Assembly: GCA_050015395.1 (NCBI GenBank)
Contig: JBEKBM010000015.1
Span: forward strand, 11,544-75,543
DNA: 64,000 nucleotides
Reading direction: 5' to 3'
Source of the DNA: Candidatus Bathyarchaeia archaeon
GTDB lineage: Archaea; Thermoproteota; Bathyarchaeia; Bathyarchaeales; Bathycorpusculaceae
The notes under the pieces are model-generated. The model did no database searches, had not been told where the DNA came from, and saw only the letters and a list, made by a program, of their open reading frames with translations. Shown piece after piece: positions 27,794 through 37,354 of this stretch. A program made the translations under genes and the position numbers. The stretch's first letter is position 1. Each line of letters starts with the position of its first letter.

Positions 27794-28264
27794 ATGCGAC
27801 CTAGAAGGATAATTGCAGTATTAATTTGCTTTATTATATTTGCTTAGACGGTTAGTCTTGTTTATGCACAGGCTGCCTCTTTATGGACTTCGTACGATAA
27901 TAACCCGAACGATCATCAAAATACGTTTGCTCCGGGTCAAACAGTTTATATATTTTGGAGCCCAAACGGATCCAGCCAAGATATTCGCATATATGATGTT
28001 AATAATGATCTGCTAAAAGATTTTGGAATAGTTAGCAGCCAACCTGCAGAGTGGCAAATACCTAATGACGCTGTCGCAGGGACGGTATATTGGATTATTA
28101 TTCCTGGAGTTTCCGTACCATACCCAATTGCAGTATCAACAATTTATGTTACGCCGGAAAGCAGCTGAGGAACCTTAACTGTAACGGCTGCAGGATTTGC
28201 GGCGTTTGGTGCATTTGGCATATTCAAAATAAGCCGCAAAAAGCAAGACAAGGAAATAGAATAG
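27794..28264 (+). pseudogene. Small secreted protein with VTPES-TM sorting signal, two in-frame stops
   Basis: One continuous 157-codon frame: MRPRRIIAVLICFIIFA*(TAG 27845)TVSLVYAQ...STIYVTPESS*(TGA 28166)GTLTVTAAGFAAFGAFGIFKISRKK. Confidence 0.75.
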
Positions 28265-28460
28265 CCAAATAAAGAGTGTTCAGTTAATGCGACGTGCATA
28301 TTCTTTATGCTTTTAGTTTTCCTTTTGGAGAGACTTTTTGGTTCCACTGCGTCTTTCTTTGTTTGTCTTACTATTCTGTTATAATACGAAATTAGTAATA
28401 TTAAAAACTCGTAATAATGGATATATTAATACTCGCTACAGTTGTTCTTTGGCGAACAAA

Positions 28461-29321
28461 ATGAGCAAAGAACACACCGCAAAACAGTCCGTAATAATGA
28501 TTGACAAGAAAGCAAGCACTTGCACTTGTGAACAAGAAAGCGTTATTTGTCTTCAGCCCATTAATGGAGCTTTAGCCTCTTTGCCCGAGCAATCTGAAAC
28601 CCCTGACGTAAGCGTCATAATACCAGCCTACTGCGAAGAAGAGACTATAGCAGAGGTTTTACAAAGGGTAATTAAAGTTAGTTGGTCTTTAGGCAACGTA
28701 GAAATCATTGTTGTTGACGACGGATCAGCGGACCGTACTAGTGAAATAGTTGCAGCGTTTCCATTTGTTAAATGCATCCGGCATAAATATAATCTGGGTA
28801 AAGGCGCGGCGATACGCACTGGCATCAAAAATGCGCGTGGCAAGGTACTTGTAATTCAGGACGCAGACTTAGAGTACGCGCCTGAGTATATTCCTTCGTT
28901 AGTAAAGCCCATCTTGGATAATTCATCAGATATTGTTTACGGTTCAAGATTTAAAGGCGACCCCGATGGGATGAGCTTTTCTCATTTTGTCGGAAACTCA
29001 ATATTGTCGTTAGTTGCCCAATTTCTGTATCGCGTACAGATCACAGACATAATGACTGGGCAAAAAGCGTTCAAACGATCTGTTTTGGATTCCGTTGAGT
29101 TAGAAGAAAATGGCTTTGCAGTTGAGGTAGAAATGACCTGCTTGGGTTTCAACGGTGGTGATCGAAGATTTACGGAAATTCCTATTCCCTATTCTTACAG
29201 ACGTAATGGCGTTTCTAAGATAGCAAATATTGACGGCTTTAGGAGTCTTGTTAAATTGTTAAAAATTTTCATAAGAGCAAGCGCTTTAAGCGAGACAAAA
29301 CCTGCTGAACCTCAACCTTAG
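28461..29321 (+). CDS. GT2 glycosyltransferase (dolichol-phosphate glycosyltransferase-like)
   Basis: VSVIIPAYCEE, VDDGSAD, NLGKGAA, QDADLEY, VYGSRF; start re-assigned to ATG 28461. Confidence 0.9.
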   Translation: MSKEHTAKQSVIMIDKKASTCTCEQESVICLQPINGALASLPEQSETPDVSVIIPAYCEEETIAEVLQRVIKVSWSLGNVEIIVVDDGSADRTSEIVAAFPFVKCIRHKYNLGKGAAIRTGIKNARGKVLVIQDADLEYAPEYIPSLVKPILDNSSDIVYGSRFKGDPDGMSFSHFVGNSILSLVAQFLYRVQITDIMTGQKAFKRSVLDSVELEENGFAVEVEMTCLGFNGGDRRFTEIPIPYSYRRNGVSKIANIDGFRSLVKLLKIFIRASALSETKPAEPQP

Positions 29322-29438
29322 CACAGAGACAAATGCCTATTGTTCTTGGCAAGCTGTGCCCCTCATCCCATCTAATGAGAAAATCGTCAAGTTTGCGTTC
29401 TTTAGTGTGCGTGCGTAGGCGGTGAGGTAGGGGTCGTT

Positions 29439-29475
29439 TTTGTTTATACGGTTTGTTTATACAATTTGTTTATAC
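29439..29475. repeat. Three copies of TTTGTTTATAC at 13-bp period
   Basis: Copies at 29439, 29452 and 29465, about 145 bp upstream of the GT4 cluster. Confidence 0.85.
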
Positions 29476-29618
29476 AGTTAGCGAGTGTTTTTTGGTTAGT
29501 GTTTGCAATAGGCTCCTAAAATTACATTTCAAAGGTTAAACGTAGCTGTTGTGTTCAAAGGTAATTTCCTATAGTTCTAATTTTGTTTTGTAGAGATTGA
29601 ACGTTTTGAGGTTTTGCT

Positions 29619-30788
29619 GTGAATCTGTGTTTTACAAGTCACCGTTACGCCCCTCAAGTTGGTGGTTACGAGAACCAAATAAAACTGCTCGCTGAGAGCC
29701 TCAGCAAATTCTTTCCTGTCAAAGTGGTGACTTTCAACTTAACCAACAGTCCCGCTGCAGAGTCGATTAACAATGTTGAAGTTTACCGCGTGACGCCTCA
29801 GCTGGTCTTTTTTCGTGTCCCGTTTTCCGTAACTTACCTCAAAAAACTCGGCGACATGGATTTTGATATATTGCATGCTCATGGTTTCGTGCCTGTCGTC
29901 TCTGACCTCAGCGTCGTCTACGCAAAATCAAAAAATAAAACTGCCGTTTACACTCACCACTTCGACGGCAACGTCCAAGACGCCAAAGCATGGAATATCC
30001 TCGCTGAAACTTACAACAAAACCGTTGCCCGCTTCAGCTTCCAGTTCGCAGACGCTCTCATTGCAACAACCAAAAGCTATGCTGAAACATCCTCCGCCCT
30101 AAAGTCACATCTTGATAAAGTGCGCGTCATTCCTTGCTTTGTGGACTGCAACCGCTTCAAGCCCCAGTCTCCTTCGCAGGTGGAGAAGTTAAGGCGGCAG
30201 CTTGGGTTAGACGGAAAAAAGACGGTGCTTTTCGTGGGCAGAATCGTGCCCTACAAGGGCTTAGAGTATTTGATTAAGGCACTGGAGCACGCGAAGAATG
30301 AGCAGGGCGAAGAACTTAACCTGCTACTGGTAGGCGGCGAAGAAGGAAAAAACATAACCGACAAATCAGAATACTACCAACAAATCCTTCAACTCGCAGA
30401 GAAAAGCAGTGTCCGTGAGAACATTCACTTCTTGGGTAGAGTCGAAAACAGCCAACTAGCCACATACTACAGCCTCGCTGACGTTATCGCGCTTCCCTCC
30501 ATCATGCGCGGAGAAGCCTTCGGCAGTGTCCTTCTCGAAGCCTTGGCATGCGGAACACCAGTAGTTGCTTCAAGCATACCTGGCGTAAAGGATGTACTAA
30601 AGGGTAATGACTCAGTTGGCAGCTATGTTCTTCCGAAAGACAGCCTCGCCTTGTCCGAAACATTAGTAAAAAACGCCCACCGGAAAAAAGATGTAACTGA
30701 ACGTTGCAAGCAATTCGCCTTTGACAATTATCGTGTAGAAAAAATCGTGAAGGATTATGTTGAACTTTACTCTTCGCTGATCTCTTGA
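29619..30788 (+). CDS. GT4 glycosyltransferase
   Basis: GGYENQ, LFVGRIVPYKG, EAFGSVLLEALACGTPV. Confidence 0.93.
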   Translation: MNLCFTSHRYAPQVGGYENQIKLLAESLSKFFPVKVVTFNLTNSPAAESINNVEVYRVTPQLVFFRVPFSVTYLKKLGDMDFDILHAHGFVPVVSDLSVVYAKSKNKTAVYTHHFDGNVQDAKAWNILAETYNKTVARFSFQFADALIATTKSYAETSSALKSHLDKVRVIPCFVDCNRFKPQSPSQVEKLRRQLGLDGKKTVLFVGRIVPYKGLEYLIKALEHAKNEQGEELNLLLVGGEEGKNITDKSEYYQQILQLAEKSSVRENIHFLGRVENSQLATYYSLADVIALPSIMRGEAFGSVLLEALACGTPVVASSIPGVKDVLKGNDSVGSYVLPKDSLALSETLVKNAHRKKDVTERCKQFAFDNYRVEKIVKDYVELYSSLIS

Positions 30789-30817
30789 TTGCGGTTGCTT
30801 GTGTTATCGATTGCTGA

Positions 30818-30864
30818 TTGTTAACTTTAAATAACAGTTGTTAACTATTATTAACATATGTTAA
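30818..30864. promoter_or_regulatory. Repeated TTGTTAACT boxes and a palindrome over the MNT start codon
   Basis: TTGTTAACT at 30818 and 30838; TTAACATATGTTAA at 30851-30864. Probably autoregulatory (inference). Confidence 0.5.
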
Positions 30865-31385
30865 TTAAAGATAACAATTACAAGGTTATGAAGTTATTTT
30901 TTGATAACCCTGATGGGAAATTTCACATCAGAGAAATAGCTCGGCAAACCAACTTATCAGCGCCCGGCGTCCTTAAAATATTAAAGAAACTCAAAAAAGA
31001 AACTCTCTTAGTATCAGAAAAAGAAAACGTTGTTGAGAACGTCAAGGCTTCAAGAAATGAAAAATTCTTTTTGCTTAAAAAATGTTACAATTTTCTTTCA
31101 TTTTATGAGTCAGGTTTACTTGACTTTCTCAAAGATAAGTATGAAGAACCAGAGGCAATAGTTGTTTTTGGAAGCTATTCGGATGGCGAAGATACTTCTG
31201 AGAGCGATATAGATGTTGCAATTGTAACGAAGAAGTCAGTTGAGTTAGATCTTAAGCTGTTTGAAAGTTTACTAAAAAGGAAAATAAACGTATTAGAAAT
31301 TCAAATAGGTGAAAGCGGGAAGGAATTTTTGAACAACTTAGCAAATGGAACTGTGGTATCCGGCTTTTTGAGGGTGCTGCAATGA
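30858..31385 (+). CDS. HTH + minimal nucleotidyltransferase (MNT) antitoxin
   Basis: FHIREIARQTNLS HTH; VVFGSYSDGEDTSESDIDVAI. Confidence 0.9.
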   Translation: MLIKDNNYKVMKLFFDNPDGKFHIREIARQTNLSAPGVLKILKKLKKETLLVSEKENVVENVKASRNEKFFLLKKCYNFLSFYESGLLDFLKDKYEEPEAIVVFGSYSDGEDTSESDIDVAIVTKKSVELDLKLFESLLKRKINVLEIQIGESGKEFLNNLANGTVVSGFLRVLQ

Positions 31386-31813
31386 TTGAACGTTTTCAGT
31401 ACTATTTAGATGCAAAGTTGGTTAGAAAAGAGAAAGTTGATAAAGAAGAAGCTAAATCCTTGATGAAAAAAGCTGTGTATCGCTTGAATTATGTCAAGAA
31501 ACAGGAGATAAATGAGGATACAGCGTCTTTTATTTTTGAAGATGTATACGAGAGTCTTAGGGAAGCTTCTCAATCTTTAATGTCCTTGAAGGGTTATAAG
31601 CCATACTCTCATGAAGCTTTGATTTCGTTTCTAAAAGAGTTTTATAATTTTTCAGCGTCAGAAATCTCGACTTTTGATCGTTTTAGAGCTTTGAGAAACA
31701 AGACTGTTTACTGTGCGGTTTTTGTTTCCGTGGAAGTTTGTCAAGAAGCTTTGGATTTTTTGGAAGATTTCTTGCCTAAATTAAGAAGAGAATTTGAAAG
31801 TTCCAATGTTTAA
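31382..31813 (+). CDS. HEPN-domain protein (partner of MNT)
   Basis: ATGA overlap with MNT; GYKPYSHEALI, FRALRNKTVY (Rx4Y variant). Confidence 0.82.
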   Translation: MIERFQYYLDAKLVRKEKVDKEEAKSLMKKAVYRLNYVKKQEINEDTASFIFEDVYESLREASQSLMSLKGYKPYSHEALISFLKEFYNFSASEISTFDRFRALRNKTVYCAVFVSVEVCQEALDFLEDFLPKLRREFESSNV

Positions 31814-31819
31814 CTACCA

Positions 31820-32269
31820 CGAAGAAGGAAGAAACATAACGGACAAACCAGAATATTACCAACGAATCGTGCAACTCGCACAGAAAAGCGGTATCCGAGA
31901 AAATATCCACTTCTTAGGCAGGCGAGAAGAAAGCCAGCTAGCCACTTACTACAGCTTGGCCGATGTTGTTGCGCTTTCCTCCGTTATGCGTGGTGAAGCC
32001 TTCGGCAGCGTTCTCCTCGAGGCTTTGGCTTGCGGGACACCGTAGTTGCTTCAAGCATACCAGGCGTGCAGGACGCCCTAAAAGGCAACGACTCCGTAGG
32101 CAGCTACGTTCCACCAAAAGACAGCCTAGCGCTATCCGAAGCCTTAGTCAAAATCGCCTATGTGAAAAAAGACGTAGCTGAACGCTGCAGGCAATTTGCG
32201 TTTGACAATTATCGCATAGAAAGGATTGTGAATAATTATGTTGAACTTTACTCGTCGCTAAACTCTTGA
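31820..32269 (+). pseudogene. Orphan 3' third of a GT4 gene, a diverged duplicate of 30338-30788
   Basis: EEGRNITDKPEYYQ...EAFGSVLLEALACGTP, a 1-bp deletion at ~32041, then VVASSIPGV...YVELYSSLNS*. Confidence 0.9.
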
Positions 32270-32291
32270 TTATCCACTATGCGTTGTTTGT

Positions 32292-33473
32292 TTGGCTCAA
32301 AATTTGGTGTCTTTGATGAAGATTTTTCAGGTTGTGCCTTACTATCCTCCTCACGTAGGCGGCATGGAGTTTTATGTGCAGAGTCTTTCGGAAGAGTTAG
32401 CTGCGCGGGGTCACGACGTTACCGTATTTACTTCATCCAACATGGCTTCTCCGTCTGTGGGCAAGGTTAACGGCGTCAAAGTATGTTCGTTAAAAACGAT
32501 GACTAAAGTTTACAATGTGCCCATAGTGCCTTCCCTTTTTTGGAGACTACTGGACGAAGAAAAACCAGACATAATACATGCCCACCAGTATCCAGTCTTT
32601 TTCTCCGACGTGTCCGTCGCAGTATCTTGCTTAAGACATATCCCGCTACTGTTGCATGTTCACGTAGTATCTGAGGCCAAATCCGTCATGTCAGGGTTCG
32701 TTTCCGACCTGTATTATTCAACCCTTGGGCTACGCACACTCCAAACTGCAGACGCCGTGGTTGTTCCAAGTTTAGCGTACAAATCAAAACTCCTCAAAAT
32801 GCACGTTAAACCTGACAAGATACAAGTCATCCCCTACGGCATCGACACGAAAAAATTCCACGCCAAAACCGAAGGCGAAGAATTCAAAACCCGCTACCAT
32901 TGCCAAGGGTCAAAAGTCATCCTGTCAGTAGGGCGATTAAACTACCAAAAAGGCTTCCAATACCTTATCAGAGCCATGCCGGCTGTGCTGAAGCAGATCC
33001 CAAACGTGAAACTCATAATAGTCGGCGAAGGCGAACAGCTCGCTTACCTCAATAAGCTTTCAAAATCGCTTGGAGTAAGCGAATCGGTCATTTTCACAGG
33101 CGCCATAGGTCCAGCGGAGATTCCTAACGCGTATTCTGCGGCTGACGTTTTTGTTTTGCCTTCGTTTTTTGAATCATTCGGCATAACATTAATTGAGGCG
33201 CAAGCCGCAGGGAAACCCGTTATTGGCACGCGAGTCGGAGGGGTACCTGAAGCCTTAGTTGACGGCGAAACCGGTTTTCTCGTAGAGCCAGGCGACCCCA
33301 AGCAGCTTGAGATAGCAATTATACGAATTTTATCAAATAAGGACTTAGCGCTGAAAATGGGTGGAAAAGGGAAAAAGTTTGTTGAAGCACGATTCGACAT
33401 TCAAAGTGTAGTAAGCTACATTGTTAACGCTTATGAAAAATTAAGCGATTCAACGATAGATAGAATAGATTGA
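32292..33473 (+). CDS. GT4 glycosyltransferase
   Basis: YYPPHVGGME, SVGRLNYQKG, ESFGITLIEAQAAGKPV. Confidence 0.93.
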   Translation: MAQNLVSLMKIFQVVPYYPPHVGGMEFYVQSLSEELAARGHDVTVFTSSNMASPSVGKVNGVKVCSLKTMTKVYNVPIVPSLFWRLLDEEKPDIIHAHQYPVFFSDVSVAVSCLRHIPLLLHVHVVSEAKSVMSGFVSDLYYSTLGLRTLQTADAVVVPSLAYKSKLLKMHVKPDKIQVIPYGIDTKKFHAKTEGEEFKTRYHCQGSKVILSVGRLNYQKGFQYLIRAMPAVLKQIPNVKLIIVGEGEQLAYLNKLSKSLGVSESVIFTGAIGPAEIPNAYSAADVFVLPSFFESFGITLIEAQAAGKPVIGTRVGGVPEALVDGETGFLVEPGDPKQLEIAIIRILSNKDLALKMGGKGKKFVEARFDIQSVVSYIVNAYEKLSDSTIDRID

Positions 33474-33575
33474 TCAATTTAGCGCGTAAAGCCATTATTT
33501 ATTGAATGCGAGAAAAATGGTGGCGGCTTTTATTAATCAAGATTGGCAATGTTGGATTAGTGCCAAGCTCAGGAA

Positions 33576-34691
33576 ATGGGGAGCTATTCTTTGGATTTGA
33601 AAGTTGCGATAGGCACTTGGGAAGCGCCTCCAGCGTTAGGTGGACCAGCATACTACATTAAAGAATTAGTGGAGAGACTTTCCAACTATGTTGATGTAGA
33701 GCTTATCATTCCCAGTTATGCATCGGTCAAGGAAAAAGATGGGTTGGTAACTCGAAAGATTGCTTCAATAGATATTCCCATTGTAAGAGTTTGCATGTTC
33801 GCCGCAAGAGCAAGCTTACTGGTAAAAAAGCTTGGTGTGGACATAGTTCATGATAATGGAGTTTTAGGTTTTAGCAATTTTTCACCCTTTATAGAAACAT
33901 GGCATCACAGTAACGTCGACGACCGGCGATATCTTTCTGCTTCAGCATATTATCTTTCATTCTATAGGGAATTGTTAACGCTTAGGGGAATAAAAAAAGC
34001 TGATTCTATAATCGCTGTAAGTTCAACTGCGAAAGCTGACCTAATTAACCACTATTTCATCCCAAGTTCCAAGATTCACGTTGCACCACTCGGTGTAGAC
34101 GTAGACTTCTTCAGACCTCTCCTCGCCAGCAAAATAAGCGGATACTCTAAACAAGACGGCAAAATTTACCTGCTCTATGTAGGTGCATTAGGCTCAAGAA
34201 AAAATGTTGGCTCTTTAATTCGAGCACTAAAAATAATCGTGAACAAACGAAACAATGTACATCTTTTAATCGTTGGGGCTGGCGGTGAGAAAAACCGTCT
34301 GCAGGAACTTACTGAAATTTTGAACTTGACAAAGCATTTGACCTTTTTAGGTGCTGTTTCACGAGAACATTTACTTGAACTTTACAATATAGCCGATTAT
34401 GTTGTTCTCCCTTCATACAAAGAAGGCTTCGGAATGACTATGCTCGAAGCATTAGCCTGTGAAAAGCCCGTGATAATGACCCCTGTGGGCATAAGCGACA
34501 TAATCAAAAGCAACAACTTGGGAATAGTCGCCGACAACTTCACCCCATCAAGTCTTGCTTACGCGATAGAAGCCGCCATTAGCGAAGGCGAATTCAACAA
34601 CCTTAGAACATTCGTAACAGAGAATTTCAGTTGGTCCAAAACGGTAGAAACAACCCTTCAAGTCTATAAACAAACATTGGAGAATTGCTGA
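33576..34691 (+). CDS. GT4 glycosyltransferase
   Basis: LYVGALGSRKN, EGFGMTMLEALACEKPV. Confidence 0.92.
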   Translation: MGSYSLDLKVAIGTWEAPPALGGPAYYIKELVERLSNYVDVELIIPSYASVKEKDGLVTRKIASIDIPIVRVCMFAARASLLVKKLGVDIVHDNGVLGFSNFSPFIETWHHSNVDDRRYLSASAYYLSFYRELLTLRGIKKADSIIAVSSTAKADLINHYFIPSSKIHVAPLGVDVDFFRPLLASKISGYSKQDGKIYLLYVGALGSRKNVGSLIRALKIIVNKRNNVHLLIVGAGGEKNRLQELTEILNLTKHLTFLGAVSREHLLELYNIADYVVLPSYKEGFGMTMLEALACEKPVIMTPVGISDIIKSNNLGIVADNFTPSSLAYAIEAAISEGEFNNLRTFVTENFSWSKTVETTLQVYKQTLENC

Positions 34692-34722
34692 TTCGTTTCT
34701 CAAAATCGCAGATAAAGGGGGG

Positions 34723-35919
34723 GTGAACAGAATCAAAGTTGTCTTCTTGTCCTCCATATTTGGGCCCCTAGCGGGAGGCGGAGAAATTTCAACAAAACTG
34801 CTGTTCAATGAATTAAGGCATGCTGGACACGACGTATACATAATAACAACGAGGAAACAATCGAGTTTCGACGGTTGCATCACGTTAAATCATCTAGACG
34901 CAATCCCATTAAAGTTACTCGTTCCCGGAACCCCGATTACCGATCTCATCTTGGCGAAATACATAAACGAAAAACTTAGGGAAATAAAACCTGACGTAAT
35001 CCATATTCATGATCCATTTACTCTTCCAGCTTCAATCCTTGCAAATAGGAAACTGCGAGTGCCTTGCGTTTACACTTGCCGTAGTGCCGTCTTGCCTCAC
35101 CCTACTAGGTCAGTAACCGCTAGAGGGCATGCTGTTAACGCCATGTTTGAGATAAGAAACCGAGTTGGCATAAGATATCTACAAAATGTTGATGCCGTGA
35201 TTTCAATAAGTGAATTCATAAAGCGAGAACTAATAACAGTTGGAGTTGATAGCCGTAAGGTACAGACAATATACAATATTCCTTCTAACCTGATTAAGAA
35301 TATTCAATTGAAACCTCCAAGCCAAATAAAGAAAAAACCTGAAATCACCCTGTTTTCAGCAGGAAGATTAGATTTGGATAAGGGCTTTGATACTGTTGTG
35401 AAGGCAATGAGCATAATTCATAAGAAAAATCCTGACATTGATATCCTGCTAATAATCGCGGGTAACGGACCAGAAATGCGGAATCTCAAAAAAGCCATAA
35501 TCACTTATCAGCTTGAATCTTTTGTAATGTTGACAGGTTGGGTTTGTCACGATGAGGTTATGCGGTTTTATGCTAATTCGGATATTGTTTTTTTGCCCTC
35601 GGTTTACCCTGACTCTTTTGGTAGGGGGTCGATTGAAGCGATAAGTTTTGGTAAGCCTGTGGTTGCGAGTGATATCGGGGGGATTAGTGAGGCTGTGGTT
35701 GATGGTGTTAATGGTTTTTTGGTTCCTGCTGGGGATGTTGATGCGTTGGCTGAGGCGGTTTTGCGGCTTGTTAGGGATCGTTGTTTGCGGGAGCGTATGG
35801 GGCAGGCAGGGCGAGAAATATTAGAGAAACAGTTTAATCGCAAGGAAATCGTTCGTCAAACGATCAAACTCTATGAAAATGTAATATGCTCTTGTGCTAA
35901 GACAAAAACTATAATCTAG
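34723..35919 (+). CDS. GT4 glycosyltransferase
   Basis: GGGE, AGRLDLDKG, DSFGRGSIEAISFGKPV. Confidence 0.92.
   Translation: MNRIKVVFLSSIFGPLAGGGEISTKLLFNELRHAGHDVYIITTRKQSSFDGCITLNHLDAIPLKLLVPGTPITDLILAKYINEKLREIKPDVIHIHDPFTLPASILANRKLRVPCVYTCRSAVLPHPTRSVTARGHAVNAMFEIRNRVGIRYLQNVDAVISISEFIKRELITVGVDSRKVQTIYNIPSNLIKNIQLKPPSQIKKKPEITLFSAGRLDLDKGFDTVVKAMSIIHKKNPDIDILLIIAGNGPEMRNLKKAIITYQLESFVMLTGWVCHDEVMRFYANSDIVFLPSVYPDSFGRGSIEAISFGKPVVASDIGGISEAVVDGVNGFLVPAGDVDALAEAVLRLVRDRCLRERMGQAGREILEKQFNRKEIVRQTIKLYENVICSCAKTKTII
35616..35807. repeat. Copy 1 of a near-identical ~190-bp G/T-rich segment shared by three GT4 paralogs
   Basis: Matches 37006-37197 and 46000-46183. Confidence 0.9.
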
Positions 35920-36121
35920 TCAACTGGCAGTTCAAGATCCCAAGAACTGCTGGTTAATCATAAGCGAACCCAAAAAAAGCCCAAGCAAGTGAAAAACAAC
36001 TTTGTGTTCTCTATGTGTAACTATCTATTTCTTCACAAATCCTTACTGAGCTAATAATGGAAAAGTTCATTCAAATGCAAAAAATTCAGGATAACCTGAC
36101 TCATATTTATTATGCAGAAAA

Positions 36122-37309
36122 GTGAGTAAGCAAATGAAAATCGTCTTTTTGTCTTCTGTATTTGGTTCTCCTGCCGGCGGTGCAGAGGTTGCTACAGAAC
36201 TATTGTTTAACGAGTTACGGAATGCTGGTCATAGTGCTTATATAATGACAACAAGGAAACCCATGTTAAATTCAGATAGCTTGGTTACATTAGGCTATAT
36301 ACGCCTAATACCAACAAAGTTTCTAGTTCCAGGAACTTTCATAACTGATCATATCATAGCTTCTAGAATTGCTAAAAAATTGAAAGAGATAAAACCAGAT
36401 GTAATTCATGCTCAAGATTCTTTTATACTTCCTGCCACCGTTATCGCAAATAGAAAATTGCACTTACCCTGTATCGTTACTTGTCACAATACCGTTCTAG
36501 ATCAAACAACGAAGTCAGCATCAGCCAACGACCAAATCGTTAGCCATATGTTTAAGGCGCGAAATAAGACGTACTTAAAATTTATAAAAAATGTTGATGC
36601 TGTGATTTCGGTAAGTAACTACATAAAAAAGGAACTGATCTTCAAAGGTATTGAGAGCAGTAAAATCCACGTAATATACAATATTCCTCCTGATAGCATT
36701 AATTTTAAAATGGCGAGCTTAAACAAGACAAAAACGACCATCACACTGTTTATGCAAGGAAGATTAGTTCAAGACAAAGATTTTGATACTATCATAAAAG
36801 CAACGAAATTGATTACCCAGAAAGAAAGGTCACTCAAGCTAATAATAGCGGGAAATGGTCCTGAAATGCCCAGGCTTAAGAAGCTTGTCAATACCCTTGG
36901 GCTTGAATCTTATGTTTTATTTACAGGGTGGGTTTGTCAAAGTGAGTTGATGAGGCTTTATGCTGGTTCGGATATTGTTTTGTTGCCCGCTGTTCCTTCT
37001 GAGGCTTTTGGTAGGGGGTCGATTGAGGCTATGAGTTTTGGTAAGCCTGTGGTTGCTAGTAATGTTGGGGGGATTAGTGAGGCTGTCTTTGATGGTGTTA
37101 ATGGTTTTTTGGTTCCTGCTGGGGATGTTGATGCGTTGGCTGAGGCGGTTTTGCGGCTTGTTAAAGATCGTTGTTTGCGGGAGCGTATGGGGCAGGCTGG
37201 ACGGGAAATTTTAGGAAAACGATTCAGTAGTGAGGAAATTGTTCGTAAAACCATCAAACTTTATGAAGAAGTAATCCGCGCCCACACCCAAAGACCGAGA
37301 AACATCTAG
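36122..37309 (+). CDS. GT4 glycosyltransferase (paralog of 34723-35919)
   Basis: GGAEVATE, EAFGRGSIEAMSFGKPV. Confidence 0.92.
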   Translation: MSKQMKIVFLSSVFGSPAGGAEVATELLFNELRNAGHSAYIMTTRKPMLNSDSLVTLGYIRLIPTKFLVPGTFITDHIIASRIAKKLKEIKPDVIHAQDSFILPATVIANRKLHLPCIVTCHNTVLDQTTKSASANDQIVSHMFKARNKTYLKFIKNVDAVISVSNYIKKELIFKGIESSKIHVIYNIPPDSINFKMASLNKTKTTITLFMQGRLVQDKDFDTIIKATKLITQKERSLKLIIAGNGPEMPRLKKLVNTLGLESYVLFTGWVCQSELMRLYAGSDIVLLPAVPSEAFGRGSIEAMSFGKPVVASNVGGISEAVFDGVNGFLVPAGDVDALAEAVLRLVKDRCLRERMGQAGREILGKRFSSEEIVRKTIKLYEEVIRAHTQRPRNI

Positions 37310-37354
37310 GATTATTCTCAGCGATCACTCACTCTGTCTTTCGACAAATTAGTT

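Noticed and set aside
35604-37257. Repeated minus-strand ORFs (35604-35843, 36958-37257, 45984-46184) as a small gene family
   Set aside because: They are the antisense reading of the shared GT4 segment.
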